NCBI RefSeq assembly: GCF_963921235.1
Contig: NC_086118.1
Coordinates: 18,850,001 to 18,914,000 of the forward strand
Source of the DNA: Mobula hypostoma
Taxonomy: Eukaryota
Reading direction: 5' to 3'
DNA: 64,000 nt
A program made the translations under genes and the position numbers. A model generated the notes under the pieces. The model was not told where the DNA came from. It saw nothing but the letters and a program-made list of their open reading frames with translations, and ran no database searches. Positions 40,231 through 52,600 of this stretch are shown here, piece by piece (the stretch's first letter is position 1; every line of letters starts with the position of its first letter).

Positions 40231-42059
40231 CTTATGAATGTTATTGATATGTATTTATTGATTCTTTCAGGAGCTCCTTCAGCCTTGCATGCTTATTACA
40301 CAATACAGTATTAGGCGTATTTCACAGCACAGAAGGGCTTAATGAATGCTCTTGCTATCCCTCAAGTGCAGTCATAATCCTTAGGTTTTTTTTGCACAGA
40401 AATTACATACCCCTGATGGACGTATTCTTTAACAGACTTAGATATTTACTTTTGCTCTAGGCACATCTATAACATTTCTATGGGAATTAGGTAAACTGTT
40501 TCTAAAAACTAATAAAGTAAGCATAACAACAATGCCCTGAGAGCAGGTCACCTCTGGGGCTGCAAAAATACATTAGCAAATAAAAAGAAATGGGTTTCTC
40601 TACTTATGGAACATAATTGTACAAGGATAGGAGCAAGATCAGCAATCTGACATCTAGAGAGCTCAAAAATTCAAATTGTACAAGAACATATTTAATAAAT
40701 GTCCTGAGCTCATAATCAATTTTCTAATATCTTTTGAAATCTAATTCTTTTTTCTCTCTGAGTGAATGGTGCCTGAGTGCTTCCTGCTGCAATTTTAGCT
40801 CCTGTACTGATTTTTACATTCTTCTGTGTTTTGTGAACAATTGTAATCTGAATTCAGAGAAATAAATGATTGTGCTTCAATGACTTAATTGAAATGAGAT
40901 ATTTTCTTGAAAATTGTTGGGCTCTTTTAACACGTTACTGTTTTAAACGCTGGTCTGTCTATGGTCCATTAAACTTGACTTTGGATCCTCTGGGCTGAAC
41001 TTGTAAAAGCACCTTGTGATTCACTCATTGAACATTTTGAATGGCACAGCAATTCAATCCTTCTAATAAATCTTCTCACCTTCACGCATCTTCTTGATCC
41101 ATTTGGCCTTTGATGGACTATTATTCCCTGGGGTGCTGAAATCCTCTTATATTGGAAACTAGATAGTAAGTATCAGGTGCCTATTCAATCATGACGGATT
41201 GGTCAGCCAGCACTGCTTGATTGTGTTCTGAAACAGTTTCCATCAACCGTCATTAATAATGTGTTAAGATCACTTAATTTTACTCTTCTAATTTAGGATT
41301 AGTCATCTCTCTACTGTCAACACAGATGAGAGCAGATAACCCTGCAAATTCAGGGAACAAAGCATGGATTATAACTGGACTCCTAGATATGTTAACTGAG
41401 CAATTGGTGTTTTATTGTATTCATATACATATTTTAATTATATATACAAAATTAATTACAAGAGTGGTTGTAATTTGTTGCTCCAAATAAGTGATCAGAT
41501 TAATTTTTAACCATGCAAATAAAGCTCAAGGAATTACAATTTTCAAATTAACTTAGAGGCTAAATTAACACATTGAAAGTGCAATCTATTTACAATTCTT
41601 TATTATTGAAGTAGTGTTGCAGCCACCTTTGACTGCATAGGAATTGACATGCATGTTTGATCCAGCTTCTCTGAAAGATTATGTCCTGTGTTTAAATGAT
41701 AGACTGTTTTATGCCCATGACACTGCCACACAGCCAGAGGGCACCATACCGGTGATAAATTAGATACCATTACAAGGAATCAACATTATGAGTCGCCAGA
41801 ATAACAAAACTTGCCTGCTGCTTCTATAAGGGAGTCTCACTGTGGCTTAAGCAGTCATGTGAGAGGGGAGTCCAGTCTTGGAAGCAGTGAGGATAGGAGG
41901 GAAGGATGAAATAGATTACTAAGCACAGTAGAGAGGCAGATAGAGGATGCTGGACCATTGTATTGCAATCCTTGGTGGAGAAAGTGAATGGTAAGTGATG
42001 TGATTTGTATCTCCATTCTCTGGACATATGTTCAGAAAGGCCATGGCCGCATGGAAATC

Positions 42060-42690
42060 CAATCCAATTCAGTCAACATGCTGGTGAATCTCTTCCAGTG
42101 CAACCACATCCTTTGTGTAATGTAGTAACCAGAGCTGTACGCAGTGCTCGAGATGTTGACTAACCAATGTTTCATTAAGTTGTAACATGTAGTCACAACT
42201 GCTCACTGTTACTGTCGGGAAGGAGCCTGAAGGCACACACTCAGCGATTCAGGAACAGCTTCTTCCCCTCTGCCATCGGATTCCTAAATAGACATTGAAC
42301 CCATGAACACTGCCTCGCTTTTTATTTATTATTTCTCCATTTTGTGCTATTATTTTTAATATAACTATTTAATAAGTGTGTGTATATATACAAAGTTTGT
42401 GTGTGTGTATATATATATGGGGGATCTAGACGACTGGACATCTCAGGACCTCCATACCTTCTGCCCAGGCTTATGATGATCATCATCACCCATTGTCCTT
42501 CAAGACAGATGGATGCCGACCATATGCTTACTGTAATTCATCTATATTTATATTGTATTGCATTGTACTGCTGCCACTAAGTTAACAAATTCCACAACAT
42601 ATACTGGTGATATTAAACCTGATTCTGATATCTCTGCTCTTATATTCTATGCCATGGATGCCAGGCAAGTTTCCTAAATGCCTTCCTCCC
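42060..42690 (-). mobile_element. Old CR1 fragment interrupted by a Rex1/Babar insert
   Basis: ctggtgaatctcttc...accagagctgtacgcagtgctc...tgtaacat resumes at 42630 as ctctgctcttatattctatgcc. Confidence 0.55.
42201..42629 (+). mobile_element. Rex1/Babar-type LINE 3' end
   Basis: SGRSLKAHTQRFRNSFFPSAIGFLN, tail tattaaacctgattctga. Confidence 0.8.
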
Positions 42691-42929
42691 TCTGAAGATC
42701 TCTAAATTCTTTGCATCTATTATGCAATTTCTAATATTTCCTCCATGCACATCAAATATCGGGTCATATAGATAGATGAAACCTGAATTTTAAAAATTGC
42801 CAATAATATTTATACATTTGTACAATGTTACAGCAGTAGTCTCTCAAAGCGTTTCCACATGGCAGATTAGGGATACTCTAGGCACAGTGTTGCATCGTGA
42901 ATAATAACCCAATAGTCTGCTCTATTAAT

Positions 42930-43222
42930 AGTGATAGAGTAACAGCAGGGAAATGGGCTCTTTGGTCGAATTCATTCATGTTGCCCACCAAGCTGGCCTG
43001 TATTGGACCCATATCCCTCTTAAACCTTTTGAATCATGTGCTTTTCAAACCATCTTTTATACATTATTATTAGATCTGCCTCGACCACTTTCTCTGCCAG
43101 CTCATTCCACATGAGCACCACCTTCTGCCTGAAGATGTTATCCATCAGGTCCTTTTTAAGGTTTTTGGTCTCACACCTTAAATTTATACACTCTAGTTTT
43201 TGGTACCCCTTTCCTGGGAAAA
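42930..43222 (-). mobile_element. Old CR1 3' end
   Basis: Minus ORF IFRQKVVLMWNELAEKVVEA, compare FFTQRVVxxWNxLP..VVEA. Confidence 0.75.
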
Positions 43223-43637
43223 ATATCTGGAGATATTGGATCAAATTCCAAAAACTCACCAGAAAAATAATCTAGCTAATATAATAAATCTGGAATAAAG
43301 GACCATCCTGTTTTATGAATGCTCTTTAAGGAAGGAAAATTGCTGTTGTTTCTGGTCAGACCAATATGTGGCTCCAGACCCACAGCAACATCTTTAGCTC
43401 TTAACTGTCTTTTAAAATAGCCCAATGAACCAGTTTGTTACATGCAAAAACTGTCGCACACTGCAAGGACCATCTAACCTAATTCAAAATTGTAACTCAG
43501 GAGCATCCAGTAATGGGCAGTATGTACTGACCTTCAAAGATGCATCCTTCTGTGAAATAAATTAAATAGTTGTAACCTACTCATATTTATAATAAGGGCA
43601 ACTCTGATTGATCCCTCCTGCTCCTGATACTGGAGTG

Positions 43638-43838
43638 AATAGGTTTAAGGTGGGAGGGGGAAGTTCAATGGAGATGTACTGGACAAGTTTTTACACAGAG
43701 TGTTGATTGCACTAGTGTGGTGGTGTAGGTTTGTTAGTTAGGCACATGAAGGGGCATAGAATGTGCACAGACAGAAGGAATTAGTTTGGCACATTATTGT
43801 GAATCGAAGGGCCTCTTTTTGTCTGTACTGTTCTGTTG
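43638..43838 (+). mobile_element. CR1 3' end fragment
   Basis: aggtttaaggtg...aagtttttacacagagtg...gaagggcct...gtactgttctgtt. Confidence 0.7.
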
Positions 43839-43949
43839 CTGCCAGACTACAACTTGTAAAAACCCTGTCATATTGGAGGAAGAAGTAAATCCCTTCTATT
43901 TTCCTCTGCTATACCTTGATTTAGGATAAAAAGCCCAAATAAAGAAAAC

Positions 43950-44322
43950 TCCATGGACACTAGTCTCTGTAGCATCCGGAACATCTTCAAGGAGTGACAT
44001 CTCATAAAAGTGACATCCATCACCCAGGACATGGCCTCTTCTCATTGCTGTCACCAGGGAGCTACTAGAGCCTGAAGGCACACACTCAATGATTCAGGAA
44101 CAGCTTCTTCCCCTCTGCCATCTGATTTCTTAATGGATATTGAACCCATCAACACTATAACTCTACTTTTTTAAAATGTATTCCTATTTTGCACTACTTA
44201 TTTATTTTCTTACTGGAATTCACATTTTTTCTTCTATTATTATATATTGCATTGTACTGCTGCCGTAAAGACAACATATTTCACGACATATACCGGTGAT
44301 ATTAAACCTGATTTTGATTCCG
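43950..44322 (+). mobile_element. Rex1/Babar-type LINE 3' end (same family as 42201)
   Basis: gagcctgaaggcacacactcaatgattcaggaacagcttcttcccctctgccatc and tail gatattaaacctgatt shared with 42225-42629. Confidence 0.8.
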
Positions 44323-45889
44323 AACTTGTTCAATATTTTAAAGATTCCAACTTTGTTCTTGGCTGACACCTCAATGTATTTCTGCCTCACCCTCTTTCCA
44401 TTTTAAATGAGCTAACACTGCTAGAGACTGTTTAGCTTTTCCTACATGGAGCACACACATTCATCGTGCATGGGCTCTCTCAAATTTGATCTAACCTGGT
44501 GCGTTCTGCCTGGTGTTCAAGATGTACAAGAAAAAATGAACATGACTGCGTGGTAACTGGTCTAATCATGGCTAAGGAGAATCAAACACAAGTATCACAA
44601 TTGCATTTTCTCTGACATCTTCATCCTCTCTCTTTCAGTTTTGACATAAACCCCATACCAGGAATAGAAAGAGTCTGCCCTGCTGCAAAGTTTACAGAAG
44701 AAATTCTTTGCAGTCAGAAATCCCATATCTCATTTCCTGACCTCTCTTACTCTCCAGTGGTGTCTCATATGACAGCATAGACAGTAACTCCAGCAAGATT
44801 TATCCATAATGACAATAATTTGCCTTATGTCATATTTGGAATTGCTTTACTTTCCCAAAATCCAATATCAAATTGTACGCTCATAAATTCTCCAGTTTTT
44901 CCTAAAATGATTTAAACTCAACCCAAATTAAAATGTGAAGTTGTTTCATTGTTGATATTGGAGATTGATTGCATTGCATTGACCTGCAATGGACGTAATT
45001 GATGTACTGGGTTCACTCATGTCAATTCAGATAAAAAAATAAAGACAAAACAAGCTGAATAGGAAGATTATAATGTTTAGAGAAACAGCTCTCTGAAAGA
45101 ATAACATGGTAGAAATGAAAGCACACAAGAGAAAAGGAAAATGGATACACAGTTGTAAAAGGAGTCTTCATAAAGGATGAAATCTGTAACCAATTGATTA
45201 GTGATGAAGTAGGAAAAGAAAAGGAGGGTTTAGAAAAAATTCAGTTTTAATTTTGTTTCATGTCTATTTGCTTGAGCTTCACTGCCTGTCGGAATTGAGT
45301 ATTTATAAATCAGGTATTTTGTAGATATTGTTCAGAAAAGACTTCAAATAGCAGAAGTGACTTTTACCATTTGCCAACACAGAAGAAAGTACTATTTTAA
45401 TGCACAGTTTAATGCACGTGATTAAATAACTGGGCCAGCTCCAGACTATATAGAGGCCTGTTACTCAGCTAATTATAACATGACTTTCCTCTGAGAATAT
45501 GCTGCAGTTCTTGAATCTGGGTTAACTCTCATCAATGCAATATTCTGACTACTTTTTTTCCCCAATTTTCCATTCTTCTCTTCCCTCATCCACTATTTTA
45601 AACCTGAATAAAAATATTTCTTAACTGTGAGGAAATACAAGTCCAGAAACTGGGCCCATTTGCACATAACAGTGGTTTTATTGAAGCAGTGATAACTTCC
45701 AGGTATAATGGGACACAATAGCACACTTTGGGAAAACTGGTTCAGGCGGACCTGGACACTATTCACCTTGTCTGTTGTCAGTCATACACCAAGGCCCTTC
45801 ACAGGTTATACCGTACTTCCCCCAGTGCCAACAGAAATTGGAACATTTGACTGCAATGTATGGCATTCACTGCTCAGTCTCAATAACAT

Positions 45890-46365
45890 TAGAATCACAT
45901 CACACATGATCCAGAAGTGAGCACGAAAACATGCCCTTCAGCCTATCCTATCCATGCAAACCAAAGGACCCTTCATGTCAGTACCAAATGCCCGAGTTTG
46001 ATTCATATCCCTCTATATATGTAATAATCAAAGTGTTTTAGAAGTCTTTTATTGTACCTGCATCAGCCACTTCCTCTGACAGTCATTCCACATGCACCTC
46101 ACCTTCTGCATGAAGTTGCCCATCAGGTCCTTTTTAAAATCTTTCATTTTTCACATTCTCTAGCTTTTAGTTCCACTTCTCTGAGGAAAAGATGGACAAT
46201 GTGTGTTCACCCTATCTACACCCCTCATAAGTTCAAAGCAATAAAGTTCTAGCCACCTCTCTTCACAAGGCCTTGAATCCAGGTAGCATCCTGAATTTCC
46301 TGGTTATTGATGACTTTCCTACAACCAAGAATGTATACAATACTCCAAATGTAGTATCACCAAGA
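45890..46365 (-). mobile_element. Old CR1 3' part
   Basis: cccttcagcc...gtacctgcatcagccacttcctctgacagtcattcca...cacctatctacacccctcata...caatactccaaatg. Confidence 0.6.
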
Positions 46366-46723
46366 TGACATATTGACCATCTGTGAACAACAACTGTCAG
46401 CCTCAGTTCTCGGTGTTCAGCAGAAGATATGGTTGGCCCTCTCTACACTGCCAACAGCTTCCTATTTTGGTTCACAGCCACTTGGATTAGACCATATCTT
46501 GCAGTGGTCTGATACTCCTCACATCACTGGAGCTATCTGGGCTCTGCAATCACATGAGGGGTGCTCAGACTAACAAGACAACAGCATAACCCCTGTCTGC
46601 TATATTTTCCCACATCTCAAAGGCATTTCTGCAGCTGTACGGTACCTGCCTTTAGGAGTTTTAGTGAAACTTGACTTTTTCCCAGCTGACAGTGGGATAA
46701 TGACATAGCAGCTATAAGCAATA

Positions 46724-47290
46724 TACACTCATATACACTTTATTAGCTACACCTGTACACCTGCTCGTTAATGCAAATATTTAATCAGTCAATCATGTGG
46801 CAGCAATTCAACGCATAAACGCATGCAGACATGGTCAAGAGGTTCAGTTGTTGTTCAGACCAAACATTAGAATGAGGAAGAAATGTGATCTAAGTAACTT
46901 TGACCATGGAATGCTTGTTGGTGCCAGATGGGGTGGTTGGGTATCTCAGAAACTGCAAACCTCCTGGGACTTTTGCAAACAACAATCTCTAGAGTTTACA
47001 GAGAATGATGTAAAAAACAAAAACAAAACATCCAGTGAGTGGCAGTTCTGTGGGCGAAAACGCCTTGTTAGTGAGAGAGGTCAGAGGAGAATGGTCAAAC
47101 TGTTTCAAGCTGACAGGACGGTGACAGTAAAAATGGTGACTACAACAGTGGTGTGCAGAAGAGCACCTCTGAATGCACATCATGTCAATCTTTGAAATGG
47201 ATAGGCTACAGCAGCAGAAGATCACAAACTTACACTCAGTGGCCACATTATTAGGTAGAGGAGGTACCGAATAAAGTGGCCATTGCATAT
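46724..47290 (+). mobile_element. Non-autonomous Tc1/mariner DNA transposon with transposase N-terminal remnant
   Basis: MRKKCDLSNFDHGMLVGAR...TSSEWQFCGRKRLVSERGQRRM resembles the Tc1 HTH region. Terminal inverted repeats cactttattag (46736) / aataaagtggcca (47270). Confidence 0.85.
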
Positions 47291-47295
47291 ATGTA

Positions 47296-47623
47296 AAGCT
47301 TGAAGACTCGTACGACCAGATTTGGGAACAGCTTCCTTCCAACTGTGATAAGACTGCTGAACGGATCCTGACCTGGATCTGGGCCGTACCCTCCAAATAT
47401 CCGGACCTGCCTCTCGTTTTTTTTTGCACTACCTTACTTTCTATTTTTTTTATTTTCTATTTATGATTTATGATTTAAATTTTTAATATTTACTAATTTT
47501 TACTATTTTTAATATTTTTAATATTTATTATTTGTAATCCAGGGAGCGGGAAGCGCAGAATCAAATATCGCTGTGATGATTGTACGTCTAGTATCAATTG
47601 TTTGGCGACAATAAAGTATAAAG
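47296..47623 (+). mobile_element. Rex1/Babar-type LINE 3' end, second subfamily
   Basis: SLKTRTTRFGNSFLPTVIRLLNGS*, (ATAAAGT)n tail, candidate TSD tatgta at 47290-47295 and 47624-47629. Confidence 0.8.
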
Positions 47624-48704
47624 TATGTAGTCCCTGAATGGACCTAAACAGCTTCTATCTTAGAATGTGACAACATTGATTTTGACATGAGAGATCCAAG
47701 TGAGCATTAATCCTTATTATCCAGAATGTTCAACTCATCATAATGAGGTGGAATTCAGTTTCTTGGCAGTATGCCACTGAGGTGGTTGAGACCAGGTCAA
47801 GACCTAGCTCTAATCTACATCCCATGATAAAATAGTTCACTGACATTTGCCAGACATGTTCTATTCAAAGGCTATTCGTTCAAGGCAAACGGTAGCCAAG
47901 AAATAAAATATCACATCAGAAGGGTGAGCGTCAGAACAATATATTTTTTAGACTTCTGAAACTTCGCTCTCACCCAGTAAAACTGGTCCCAAACCTCTTC
48001 TGGATAGTGATGGTCATCCATCAGGACCTGCCCCTTTAACCAACACAGCACTGAAATGGAGGTCACTGGACTTTTTTATTTTTACAGCTTTCTTGGACAA
48101 ACAACTTGTCAGAATCATACAGTGACTTGCAGTTGCAAATTGTATTATGAAGGAATATTAATTTAGGAATAAAGGAATGGAATGCAGGTCATTCAGCCCC
48201 TTCAGTCTATTCTGCCTCTGTCTGACGGCACCTTGGGGCCACCATCGCAGCCTGTGCTTGCGAGCTGACGTGCAGAGACACCGAACTAAAAGCAGGAAGG
48301 GACGAGAAAGTTTTCCTTTGAGAGGATGGTGGGACCATGAATCAGAGAGCCAATGGCACTCGCCAAGCACAGTTACCCTGTGTTCCACTGGCGGACAGAC
48401 TTCAGGGTGATTAAGGCCATCTTAGTGATAAACTGAAGTTGCCTCACTGTGTCTGAGCTCCAAGTGCAGAGCCCAGCTATTGGCTGGTTGCTACTCATGT
48501 TCCACTGGAAGCTGCAGAATAACCTATCAGAAGATGCACACAGCTGGGTCCTTGGTGCAAGCTGGCCAGCATCTCCACAAGGGAAAGGTTGCGTTAGTGT
48601 TTTACACAAAATCCTGTGCCAAGACGTTATCAGAATTCTTTCAGTTCCTTGTCTGAATTCAAGCTTTCTAAGAAGATTCCCAATGTTCAAAACATTTCAC
48701 AATG

Positions 48705-49480
48705 ACTGATAGTTATACAACACTGAAAAAAGCCCTTCAGCCCATCTCATGCATTCTCATCAGGATATCTGCCTAAACTAAATCCATTTGCCTACATCCT
48801 CCTGAACTTTTGCTACAGTAGCGTAGCAGTTAGTGCGCCGGTATTACAGCCCGGGGCGCTGGAGTCTGCAGTTCAATTCAATAGGTTTCAACATTTAATG
48901 TCAGAGAAATGTATACAATATACATCCTGAAATTCCATTGTCCTCTGCAAGAAAGCTTGTATATTCTACCCCTTAGTGTGAGGGTTTCAGTCTCGTCTTC
49001 CGGTTTCCTCCCACAGTCCAAAGACATAGTAGTTAGTCATTGTAAGTTGTCCTGTGATCAGGCTAAGGTCAAATAGGTGGGTTGTTGGATGGTGTGGCTC
49101 GTTGGGCTCGAAGGGCCTGTTCCGTGTTGTGTCTTTAAAATAAATAAAAACTAAATACACTTGCTCCAAGGTTTTCTCTGAAAAGTTGTAAGTGTACCCA
49201 CCTCAACCTCTGGCAGCTTGTCCATATACCAACCACCTATCATGTGGAGTAGAATCCTAACCTTCTGAACCCTTTAATTTATTTTCCTCTCCCTATAACC
49301 CATCCCCCTTATTTTAGGCTCCCTTTCCATGGGAAAGAGACTATTCCTATCTACCCTATCTATACCACTCATAAGTGTATAAACTGCTATAATGTCACCA
49401 TTCAGCCCCCTTCGCTCCAGGGAAAACAGTCCTGGCAAACATCCCATCTCTCCTTCTAACTTAATCCACCTAGTCTAATA
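48705..49480 (-). mobile_element. Old CR1 3' end interrupted by a SINE
   Basis: agcccttcagcccatc...aatccatttgcct / ctctggcagc...ctatctaccctatctatacc.ctcata...ttcgctccagggaaaacag. Confidence 0.65.
48812..49157 (+). mobile_element. tRNA-derived V-SINE with a 51-bp insert
   Basis: A-box tagcgtagcagtt, B-box gttcaattc, core ccggtttcctcccacagtccaaagac, tail gaagggcctgttcc...taaataaa. Confidence 0.85.
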
Positions 49481-49611
49481 GATTCAAAAGATTCTCCAGG
49501 CTAATTCTGGTGATGAGATAGTTGTCCTCAAACAAGTGCTTCTGGAAAATAGATCTCTATCTGATTTTGGTCTGCGGAAATGCTTCTGTTAAAATTTTGC
49601 TCATTTACGCC

Positions 49612-52600
49612 ATAAGAACATAAGACATTGGATGCAGAATTAGGCCACTTCATCATGGCTGACAAATTTCCTTCTCAACCTCAATCTCTCAATAACCTTT
49701 CATGCCCTGACTAATCAAGAACCTACCAACCTCTGCCTTAACCTGGTCTCCAGTAACCTGGCCTCCTCAGCTGCCTATGGCAATGAATTGCACAGTTGCA
49801 TCACCTTCTGGCTAAAGAAATTCCTCCTCATCCCTGTTCTAAATGGATGCCCCTCTATTTCGACATTGTGCCCTCTGGTCCTAGACTCCCCGACCGAAGG
49901 AAACATCCTCTTCACACTCTTTCTAGGCCTTTCAACATTTGATAGATTTCAATGAAATGTCCCATCAGTCTGAATTCCAGTGAGTACAGGCCCAGAGCCT
50001 TCAATTGCTGTCCATAGGAAAACACTTCCATTCCAGAAACATTCTCATGCACCTCTTCTGAGCCCTCTCCAATGTCAGTACATCCTTTTATAAATAAGGT
50101 TCCCAAAGGTGGTCACAATTCCCCAAGAGAGCCATTGCCAGTGTGTTATAAAGCCTCAATGTTACATCCTTGCTTTTATATTCTAGTCCTCTTGAATGCC
50201 TTCCTTACCACTGACACAACCTGCAAATTAACCTTTAGGAAATCTTGCACAAGGACTCGCAAATCCCTTTGCACCTCACATTTCTGAATTTTCTTCCCAT
50301 TTAGAAAATAGTCTATGCTTTTATTCCTTCTACCGAAGTGTATGACCATACTCTTCCCAACACTATATTTCATCTGCTACCTCTTTGCCTATTCTCCTAA
50401 TCTGTCTAAATTATTCTGCATCCTCAACACTACCTGCCCCTCCACCTGTCTTCGCATTGCCACAAACTTGGCCACAAAGCCATCAATTCCATCATTCAAA
50501 TCGTTGACATACAATGTGAAAAGAAAAATTCCCAACACAGACCCCAGTGGAACACAAGCAGCTAATCCGAAAAGGCTTCCTTTATTTCTCCTATTTGCCT
50601 CCTGTCAATCAGTCAGTGCTCTATCCATTTCAGTACTTTTCCCATATAAATTACAAATTTAAATTAGCCAGAGAAAGTGGTTCACCTGAGGACTGGGAGA
50701 AATTCAGAGTTCAGCAGAGGAGGACAAAGGGCTTAATTAGGAAGGGGAAAAAAGATTATGAGAGAAAACTGGCAGGGAACATAAAAACGGACTGTAAAAG
50801 CTTTTATAGATATGTAAAAAGGAAAAAACTGGTAAAGACGAATGTAGGTCCCCTGCAGACAGAAACAGGTGAATTGATTATGGGGAGCAAGGACATGGCA
50901 GACCAATTGAATAATTACTTTGGTTCTGTCTTCACTAAGGAGGACATAAATAATCTTCCAGAAATAGTAGGGGACAGAGGGTCCAGTGGGATGGAGGAAC
51001 TGAGCGAAATACATGTTAGTAGGGAAGTGGTGTTAGGTAAATTGAAGGGATTGAAGGCAGATAAATCCCCAGGGCCAGATGGTCTGCATCGTAGAGTGCT
51101 TAAGGAAGTAGCCCAAGAAATAGTGGATGCATTAGTGATAATTTTTCAAAACTCGTTAGATTCTGGACTAGTTCCTGAGGATTGGAGGGTGGCTAATGTA
51201 ACTCCACTTTTTAAAAAAGGAGGGAGAGAGAAACCGGGGAATTATAGACCGGTTAGCCTAACGTCGGTGGTGGGGAAACTGCTGGAGTCAGTTATCAAGG
51301 ATGTGATAACAGCACATTTGGAAAGCGGTGAAATGATGGAACAAAGTCAGCATGGATTTGTGAAAGGAAAATCATGTCTGACGAATCTCATAGAATTTTT
51401 TGAGGATGTAACTAGTAGAGTGGATAGGGGAGAACCAGTGGATGTGGTATATTTGGATTTTCAAAAGGCTATTGACAAGGTCCCACACAGGAGATTAGTG
51501 TGCAAACTTAAAGCACACGGTATTGGGGGTAAGGTATTGGTGTGGGTGGAGAATTGGTTAGCAGACAGGAAGCAAAGAGTGAGAATAAACGGGACCTTTT
51601 CAGAATGGCAGGCGGTGACTAGTGGGGTACCGCAAGGCTCAGTGCTGGGACCCCAGTTGTTTACAATATATATTAATGACCTGGATGAGGGAATTAAATG
51701 CAGTATCTCCAAGTTTGCGCATGACACGAAGCTGGGTGGCAGTGTTAGCTGTGAGGAGGATGCTAAGAGGATGCAGGGTGACTTGGATAGGTTGGGTGAG
51801 TGGGCAAATTCTTGGCAGATGCAATTTAATGTGGATAAATGTGAGGTTATCCACTTTGGTGGCAAAAATAGGAAAACAGATTATTATCTGAATGGTGGGC
51901 GATTAGGAAAAGGGGAGGTGCAACGAGACCTGGGTGTCATTATACACCAGTCATTGAAAGTGGGCATGCAGGTACAGCAGGCGGTGAAAAAGGCGAATGG
52001 TATGCTGGCATTTATAGCGAGAGGATTCGAGTACAGGAGCAGGGAGGTACTACTGCAGTTGTACAAGGCCTTGGTGAGACCACACCTGGAGTATTGTGTG
52101 CAGTTTTGGTCTCCTAATCTGAGGAAAGACATCCTTGCCATAGAGGGAGTACAAAGAAGGTTCACCAGATTGATTCCTGGGATGGCAGGACTTTCCTATG
52201 AAGAAAGACTGGATGAACTGGGCTTGTACTCTTTGGAATTTAGAAGATTGAGGGGGGATCTGATTGAAACGTATAAGATCCTAAAGGGATTGGACAGGCT
52301 AGATGCAGGAAGATTGTTCCCGATGTTGGGGAAGTCCAGAACGAGGGTCACAGTTTGAGGATAGAGGGGAAGCCTTTTAGGACCGAGATTAGGAAAAACT
52401 TCTTCACACAGAGACTGGTGAATCTGTGGAATTCTCTGCCACAGGAAACAGTTGAGGCCAGTTCATTGGCTATATTTAAGAGGGAGTTAGATATAGCCCT
52501 TGTGGCTACGGGGGTCAGGGGGTATGGAGGGAAGGCTGGGGCGGGGTTCTGAGTTGGAGGATCAGCCATGATCATAATAAATGGCGGTGAAGGCTCGAAG

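Noticed and set aside
48812..48880. tRNA gene (also at 6925, 13640 and 63953)
   Set aside because: Pol III boxes continue into a SINE core and tail, and no full cloverleaf forms.
50547..52358. 603-aa ORF as an active or domesticated reverse transcriptase
   Set aside because: The first 33 or so codons come from the flanking antisense CR1, there is no endonuclease domain, the catalytic motif is FAHD and the C-terminus is frameshifted.
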